A model generated the notes under the pieces. It was not told where the DNA came from. It did not search any database and saw nothing but the letters and a program-made list of their open reading frames with translations. 64,000 nt of DNA, taken from the NCBI GenBank assembly GCA_026936335.1, contig JAPMXV010000044.1, forward strand, positions 62,001 through 126,000, written 5' to 3'. This document shows positions 57,817-64,000 of the stretch, in pieces. The translations under genes and the position numbers were made by a program. Every line of letters begins with the position of its first letter. Positions within the stretch are counted from its first letter, which is position 1. The DNA is from Mantamonas sphyraenae STR306. Lineage: Eukaryota > Protista > CRuMs.

Positions 57817-60620
57817 ATGCTCCGACGAGCGCACGCACACACCGTCGTCGTGTGCGCTCTCGTTGTACTTGCAGTGGCTCTCTTGCTCCCTGCGGCTGAG
57901 GGGAAGCCGCAGGTGCGCAGGAAAGCCTCCGCCAGTGCGCGACGACCGAGGCCCACACCAGCGGCAGCAAACACAGCCTCACACTCACACAGAGGCAACC
58001 AGAGGTTGCCAGCATATCTAAGCCAACTAGGAGACTTGACCACACGCAGCATGCAGCTGCGGTCCGACTCGGTTTGCGCCGGATTCGACGCAGCAAGCAT
58101 GGATGTCAACGCAATCTTGTGGGTGCCCTCACACGAAACCCTCAACGACCGCACACCCACTCACACACACGCACACATATCCACAGCGCCAAAGGAACCA
58201 CACTGAGACAGCAAGGACAATGGGATGCAGCGCTTGCATGCCTGGAGCACACGGCACGTTTGGCTGGGCCTGTGCCGCAAGTCTATCTGGGCATTGCCGG
58301 CGTACTAAAGGGAAGACAGCAGTATGAAGACGCCATTGCTGTATACGTGTCTATTTTGCTGCACATGGATGGTGACAATCGTGTGTGCATGGTCAACCTG
58401 GCCAACACGCTCGTGCAGATGCGTCGGTTCACTCATGCCGAGCCCGTGTATCGCCACGCCATTGCTGCACACCCAGAATGGGACCAGCCGCAACTGAACT
58501 TGGCCGCCATGCACGCCACACAGCATGCCTATGACAAGGCATTGCCTGTGTATCGTCAGCTTTTACAGCGTGACCCGGGTCACGCTGAGGCCCTCTACGG
58601 CCTTGGCACAAGTCTGTTCCATCTGCGAGACTACACCGCGGCTGAATCGACTTTGACCTCGCTTCTCAAGCAGCATCCGCGCCATGCAAACGGACTCGCC
58701 CAGCTGGGGGAGGTGTACAATCGGTTGGGACGCCTTGAGGACGCCGTTGCCCTGTATTCCTCTGGTCTAGCCTTCCATCCCAAGCCACATATGCTCCACT
58801 ACAAAATGGCCGTGTGCTACAAACAGCTCAATCGCATCACAGAAGCACTGCAAGCCTTCAATCGCTCCGTGCAACTGGACAACACGTTTCATCCGGCATT
58901 GTTTGGCGTAGGAAACACGCTCAGCCGTCTCGAGCGCTTCGAAGAAAGTGTCCCTGCACTGTTGCGCGCTCTGCGTGCCGATCCCAATCATTTGGCAACC
59001 TGGACCCATGTGCTCAACGCGTTGGCCAACCTGTGTGCGTGGAACTCGGAGAATGCCGAGCTGCGTGCTCTCACAGACATGGTGGCGGCCACACATCCGC
59101 TGAAAGGCTTCTCTGCGTTGGACGTGACATCTCGTCGGGCATCGTGGGCCTCGGTGGACAGCAGCCTGGAGACCAAGCTGATGCCTGTGGCCCGCGCTCT
59201 GCTGGCTCAGCAACTGCACCAACCGTTCGACACCGACCATCTCAACCCGTTCCTCAGCCAAATGTTTCTCTTCACCGAGGAGGACTGTCTCGCCGTGGCA
59301 CGCAAGCGCGCACAACATGCGTACGACGCAGTCCCTGCCGAACGTCGCCTGTACACGTACACAGGAGACACACGAGACATGCACGCAGCACATGCAGCAG
59401 CGCAACAGTCCCTGAGCACGTGGAAATCACGACACGGAAGTGCAGCCACGCAGACACTGCGTGTCGGATACATGACGGCAGACTTTGGTGCCCACCCGAC
59501 CGGCATCATGATCAACAGCATCTTTGCGTCGCACAATCGCACAAGAGTGGCCGTGTGGTGCTATGGCACTGCGAGCAGTGATGGTTCGACCGTGTACGAA
59601 GCAGCGCGACGAGGATGTGCCACCTTTGTGGACTTGAGCACCATGAGTCTGCCGCAGCAGGTGCAGCGTATCCGCAACGACGGAATTCACGTGCTCATCG
59701 ACCTCAACGGCTACAGTGGTCAGGAAAAGTTGCCCGTGTTGGTGCACCAGAGTGCGCCCGTGCAGATGAGCATGCTTGGGTATCCTGGCACCACCGGCGC
59801 ACACTACGTCCACTACTATCTCAGCGACGCACGGGCCACACTACCCCACACGGCTGCACACCAGTTTGCAGAACACATGCTCATGACTCCAAACACCTTT
59901 TACATTTCGAACCACGCCGTCACCTCGCCCCAGTTCGCCGACGAGGAAAGTGTGTCTGCAGCAGCGCGTGCCGATCGCACAGCCATGGGTCTCCCAGCAC
60001 GCGGTGCCACCCACGGCAATCACTTTGTCTATTGCAACTTTGGACGCATGTTCAAGCTCGACCGTGCCACGTGGAAGGCCTGGATGAGTATCCTTCGTCG
60101 TGTGCCCGGTTCCGTCCTGTGGCTTCTTCAGTATCCTGCCGAGTCGATGCCCCGGTTGCGAAAAGAGGCAGAGCAAGAGGGGATCGAGGCCAGTCGCCTT
60201 GTGTTTTCGCCCCTGACCACAAAGGAGGAGCATGCCAAGCGAGCGGCTGTCTGTGACCTCTTTCTTGACACACCCATGGTCAATGCGCACAGCAGTGCCA
60301 CAGATGTCCTCTGGACCGGAGTACCCATTGTCACCGTCGCCCTGAGCGACAAGTTTGTGGCTCGCCTGGCCGGTTCGCTGATGGTCTCTTTGGACGCTCG
60401 CGACCTGGTGGCTCGCGATCTGCAACACTACACAGACATTGCCGTGCACATGGCCACAAAGCCATCTTGGTACGCCGACATGCGCTCGCGCATTATCCGT
60501 GCGCGCATGACCTCACCCCTTTTCAACGTTTCCCACTGGTGTGAGCAGTTTGAACACATGCTGGCCTTAGCGTGGGAGGTGTTTGCCGCTGGTCGCCCAC
60601 CCATGCACATCGTCGGCTGA
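57817..60620 (+). CDS. GT41 O-GlcNAc-transferase-like protein (TPRs plus catalytic lobes) with an N-terminal signal peptide, 1 intron (~58062-58186)
   Basis: About 8 TPRs; LRVGYMTADFGAHPTG, DGIHVLIDLNGYS, APVQMSMLGYPGTTG, FVYCNFGRMFKLD and DLFLDTPMVNAHSSATDVLWTGVP. Hydrophobic leader VVVCALVVLAVALLLPAAEG. Confidence 0.9.
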
Positions 60621-60679
60621 CTAGGATCACCACCAGCTGTCCAATCAATCCACCGTTTGCATTCACATCCCCCTTTTCC

Positions 60680-63202
60680 TCACGTCTTCTTGTGCTTCTG
60701 CTGCATCTCCACAGCGCCGGGCACGCCCAGGCCGGCCAGACGCGTGATGATCTTGTGGTTGGCAGGCAAGGACTCGCCAACCAGGGAGAAGGCGGCTTCG
60801 TACTGGTGCTTCACACGCGCGTCGGCCCAATCCAGCTTGGACATGACAGCGCCATGGTTGATCTTGGCTGTGGCCAGTTTGGTGACGTAGCGGAACTTGT
60901 CGCGCGGCTTCACCGTGCCCAGCAGCTTGTGCAGCACCTCCTCCAGCTTGGCGTAATAATCCTTGGCCTCCTGCAGTGTGGACTGCTTGCGCATTGTCAC
61001 AGCGCCCAACACAGTCAGAGCGGTGACCTGCAGGTCCAACTCGCGCTTCGTTTCCAACACAGGCAGCACCTGCGACGCCCAGTGCTCCGCCTTGTCCATG
61101 TCCCCCAGCATTTTCGCAAGCTGGGCTGTTTTCACCATGGCTGCCATGCAGCGTTCATGTGTGCCCTGTGCGTCACCACACTCTGCCGGGATCTGATTGT
61201 CCGTTGTGTCGATCGCCGTCTCCAGCGTCTGCAACAGCTTCTCCCGCTTGCCCGCCATCCCGCGGCCTGTCATGCGCATCATCATGTCCGTTTTCACCAG
61301 CAGCGTCTTGGGGAAGCCGAAGAAGGCCATCTTGGCCTCGGGCAGCTCCAGCAGTTCGCTGTCCAAGCTAAACGCAGGCAGATGCTTGCGATGGATAAAC
61401 ACCATTCCAGCGCCGGCCTTCCACAGATACTCATAGGCCCGGTTGCAGATGCGCACGGCCTCCTTTGTTTTGCTCTGGAGCACCAGGCCCTCAGCATACG
61501 ATGCCAAGGCCTGCTCCACAAGAAAGAGGGCGCTGGTTTCCTCCAAGCCCAGCTGCAGGATCTGACGCAGCCACACCTCCTGCTCCTTGGCCTTGCTCTT
61601 GCACGCCTGCATGGCGGCCACCATCCACACAAGGTCTGCCAGGTCGATGGCGTTTGTTTCCACAAACGGAGGCTCGCCAAACGTGGGCGTGAACGAGTCT
61701 GCCGCCGAGTCATCTTCGTCGTCGTCCTCAGCCATTTCGGCCAGCACCAGCTTCTGCTGCTCCTCACTCAGAGGCACCGGGTATTGTTCGTTGAACTTTT
61801 GAAACAGCTCCGTCACCGAACGCTGGTCGCTCTTGAGCTTGCCCGTGTCCACCAGCAGCCGCTGGCGCAGCTTTTGGTACAGCGCATGCACCGCCTTGTC
61901 GTTGTTCAACATCCGTTCGCACTTGATCGTCTGCAACGCAAAGCGACGTTCAAACACACACATGTTGCTTGTGTACCACATGCGCTTGGTTGACGAGGAG
62001 GACGACGAAACCTCGTCCTCGTCCTCGTCGCCGACCTTGCCCTTGCCCTTGTTGTCCGGACGCATCTGAAAGGGACTGACGCCGCTGAGGGCCTCCAGGG
62101 TCCTCCACGCGTAATGAGCCAGATGCAGGGCATCGTCCACGCTAAGGGCAGGCACCCACACCTCACCCTCCTCCAGATCGTCCTCGTCGGGGGGCTCGGT
62201 GGTGCTGCGAATCTGCTTCAGCCAATGCTCAAGGATGCTGGTGAGCAAGTGACCAGGTTGTGCCAGGACACCGTGGTGGGCATAATCCCTGTCGAGTTTG
62301 GCCATGGCAGTGAACGCCTCGACCTGTGCCTGCGGCTTGTTCTCCAGGACCGCAGCCACGTTGAGCCACAGTGTGCACATCGCCTTGTCCAGCCTGCTAC
62401 TGGGCATGCTGTGTTCTCCGTCTCGCTGAAAGACAGCCAGCCCTGCGATGCGCTGGGCAATGTCCTCCAAACGCGTGCTGAAGCTCATCTTTTCCCACAG
62501 CTCTACGCGCTTCTCCGCCAGCCCCACCATAAGCTCCCCTGTGCTCCACGCCTGCTCCAGCTCTCCTTGTTTCAGTTGCATGCGCAGTAGCTTCTCGGCG
62601 TAGTCCATGCACACCAGGTTCCAGTCCGCCGCGCGAAAGACGCTCTCGTTGCATTCGATGTCCGTCACAAAGCGGCACAGGCGCAGCAGACCCGGCGTGG
62701 GTTTGATGGCTCGGTTGAATGCATCTTGCTCCTGGCCATACTGAGCAAGCAGCGCCTTGGCCATTCGTGACCCCTCCTGCGTGTCGCCCTTTTCCAGGGC
62801 GCTCTCCAGCGCCTCCAGCGCCGCTTCGTCGTCCTCCTGCTTGCTACCAAACAGAGCGTTGGGCATGCCCGGCTTGCCGTAGAACTCGCTCACTTCTGCT
62901 GCCATGTAGCCCAGGTCCTCCCTACGTTTGCGTGTGCTTCCGCGTTTGCCCAGCCCCTTTCCGCCGCCTCCTTTGTCTCCATCGGCCCTGTTGGCTTTGC
63001 TGCTTGTCGATGCCCGTGAGCTACCCGCTGGTCCGTCGCCATTGCTGCCCTCTGTGGCCGCACTGCCCGTCCAGTATGCGGCCAGGGCGTACCCGGCCGC
63101 AGCCACCCCCAGCGCGGTGGCTGCGTATGGTACCCAGCCGTAATCGGAGTCCGACTCGTTGCTGTTTGATGATACTCCAGTGTGCGTGTCTCGTGAGCTC
63201 AT
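60680..63202 (-). CDS. N-terminally anchored alpha-helical/TPR-like protein of unknown function
   Basis: Long ORF with a single TM (WVPYAATALGVAAAGYALAAYW) followed by a basic segment; degenerate TPR-like helices at the C-terminus. Confidence 0.65.
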   Translation of the reverse strand: MSSRDTHTGVSSNSNESDSDYGWVPYAATALGVAAAGYALAAYWTGSAATEGSNGDGPAGSSRASTSSKANRADGDKGGGGKGLGKRGSTRKRREDLGYMAAEVSEFYGKPGMPNALFGSKQEDDEAALEALESALEKGDTQEGSRMAKALLAQYGQEQDAFNRAIKPTPGLLRLCRFVTDIECNESVFRAADWNLVCMDYAEKLLRMQLKQGELEQAWSTGELMVGLAEKRVELWEKMSFSTRLEDIAQRIAGLAVFQRDGEHSMPSSRLDKAMCTLWLNVAAVLENKPQAQVEAFTAMAKLDRDYAHHGVLAQPGHLLTSILEHWLKQIRSTTEPPDEDDLEEGEVWVPALSVDDALHLAHYAWRTLEALSGVSPFQMRPDNKGKGKVGDEDEDEVSSSSSSTKRMWYTSNMCVFERRFALQTIKCERMLNNDKAVHALYQKLRQRLLVDTGKLKSDQRSVTELFQKFNEQYPVPLSEEQQKLVLAEMAEDDDEDDSAADSFTPTFGEPPFVETNAIDLADLVWMVAAMQACKSKAKEQEVWLRQILQLGLEETSALFLVEQALASYAEGLVLQSKTKEAVRICNRAYEYLWKAGAGMVFIHRKHLPAFSLDSELLELPEAKMAFFGFPKTLLVKTDMMMRMTGRGMAGKREKLLQTLETAIDTTDNQIPAECGDAQGTHERCMAAMVKTAQLAKMLGDMDKAEHWASQVLPVLETKRELDLQVTALTVLGAVTMRKQSTLQEAKDYYAKLEEVLHKLLGTVKPRDKFRYVTKLATAKINHGAVMSKLDWADARVKHQYEAAFSLVGESLPANHKIITRLAGLGVPGAVEMQQKHKKT

Positions 63203-63313
63203 TTGTTGGGTTCCGGTCTTGTTGTTTGTTTTGTGGCTTCTTCTGCTGCGTTGGCAGGCGCGTCCTCGTGCAATGCACGGCTCCAGCCCACCCACAGAAA
63301 AAGCAAGAGATCC

Positions 63314-64000
63314 ATGCATACATTGGTTTGGCTGTGTGCTGTGGCTACCTTTCTGATGAACGGCACCCGTGCTCTGATGAGTACGGCTGTAATTCCGCTC
63401 GCGGCGGAACTGAACATGGACCCCGAGGCACAGGCTGCCGTGCTGTCATCCTTCTTCTGGGGATACCTGTTTACTCAGGTGCCTGGCGGATGGCTGGCTG
63501 CCCGGTATTCCCCCGAGGCTGTGTATGCCGTCTCCGTCGCTCTGTTTAGTCTGTTCACCCTGCTCACCCCTGTTCTCGCGTACATGGACACGGTGGGACA
63601 CGGATGGCTGTACATGGCCCGTGTTATAGTGGGTCTCTCCCAGGGTGTGTTCTATCCTGTGCAGAATCAACTGGTCGCCAAGTGGGTTGCTGTGCACGAA
63701 CGATCCACCGCTCTCGGCTTCCTCGGCGCGGCTGCTTCCAGCGCCATCCTGTTTATCATGGCCCTTTTTGGTCCCATGGACGCAGCCATGGGGTGGCACG
63801 GCCCATTCGTGTTGCTTGGAGCGTGTGGGTTGGCCTGGATGGCTGCCTGGCGTGCAGTGACAGCCGCGACCACGCCCGAAGGCCGTCCGGGTCTTGCGGA
63901 CGAGGAGCAAATGGCACTGATTGGAAACGGGGCTGATAACCATGCCAAGGACCAAGCGTCGGATGTGGTGGCCTTCCCGTGGTCCCGCGTGTGGTCTGAG
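63314..64000 (+). CDS. MFS anion:cation symporter (SLC17/PHT4-like), truncated by the window end
   Basis: Hand translation: MHTLVWLCAVATFLMNGTRALMSTAV...VLSSFFWGYLFTQVPGGWLAARY...RVIVGLSQGVFYP...KWVAVHERS...FPWSRVW. Confidence 0.88.
   Translation, partial: MHTLVWLCAVATFLMNGTRALMSTAVIPLAAELNMDPEAQAAVLSSFFWGYLFTQVPGGWLAARYSPEAVYAVSVALFSLFTLLTPVLAYMDTVGHGWLYMARVIVGLSQGVFYPVQNQLVAKWVAVHERSTALGFLGAAASSAILFIMALFGPMDAAMGWHGPFVLLGACGLAWMAAWRAVTAATTPEGRPGLADEEQMALIGNGADNHAKDQASDVVAFPWSRVWSE

Noticed and set aside
1-64000. Alternative genetic code, selenocysteine read-through or U12 introns
   Set aside because: All reconstructed genes are explained by standard stops and GT-AG introns. I found no conserved in-frame stop and no RTATCCTT donor at an exon boundary.
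1-64000. CRISPR arrays, transposons, tRNA or rRNA genes
   Set aside because: No spaced direct repeats, terminal inverted repeats, transposase/RT motifs or cloverleaf/rRNA signatures were seen, and nearly all of the sequence is accounted for by genes.

Overview
This is a gene-dense, GC-rich, intron-containing stretch of nuclear DNA from a compact-genome eukaryote. It is most likely a flagellated, mitochondriate protist (BBS2, PKD2-like channel, mitochondrial SSB and bS21), and it uses the standard genetic code. About 35 protein-coding genes can be reconstructed by eye by joining ORF fragments across short GT-AG introns that often carry CTGAC/CTAAC branch-like motifs. Most are housekeeping genes: EMC2, CCT4, DESI2, SPT4, GlnRS, HisRS, SEC31, OSTC, RPT1, VTI1, ASH2, RPB2, TYW2 and BBS2. 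I found no tRNA, rRNA, CRISPR array or mobile element. The main leads are: (1) an OGT/SEC-type GT41 enzyme with a signal peptide, plus a second signal-peptide TPR gene at the left edge sharing the same post-signal leader motif, which suggests a secretory-pathway OGT family; (2) a secreted protein of about 1346 aa with alternating acidic spacers and cationic domains and an unrecognised C-x4/5-W-x5-C repeat; (3) SPT4 with an acidic N-terminal extension carrying FxGF/LFG motifs; (4) an LRR-GNAT fusion; (5) extreme gene packing with a recurrent AATGAA hexamer at gene 3' ends. All family assignments come from recognising motifs by eye, not from database searches. Exon boundaries are inferred.
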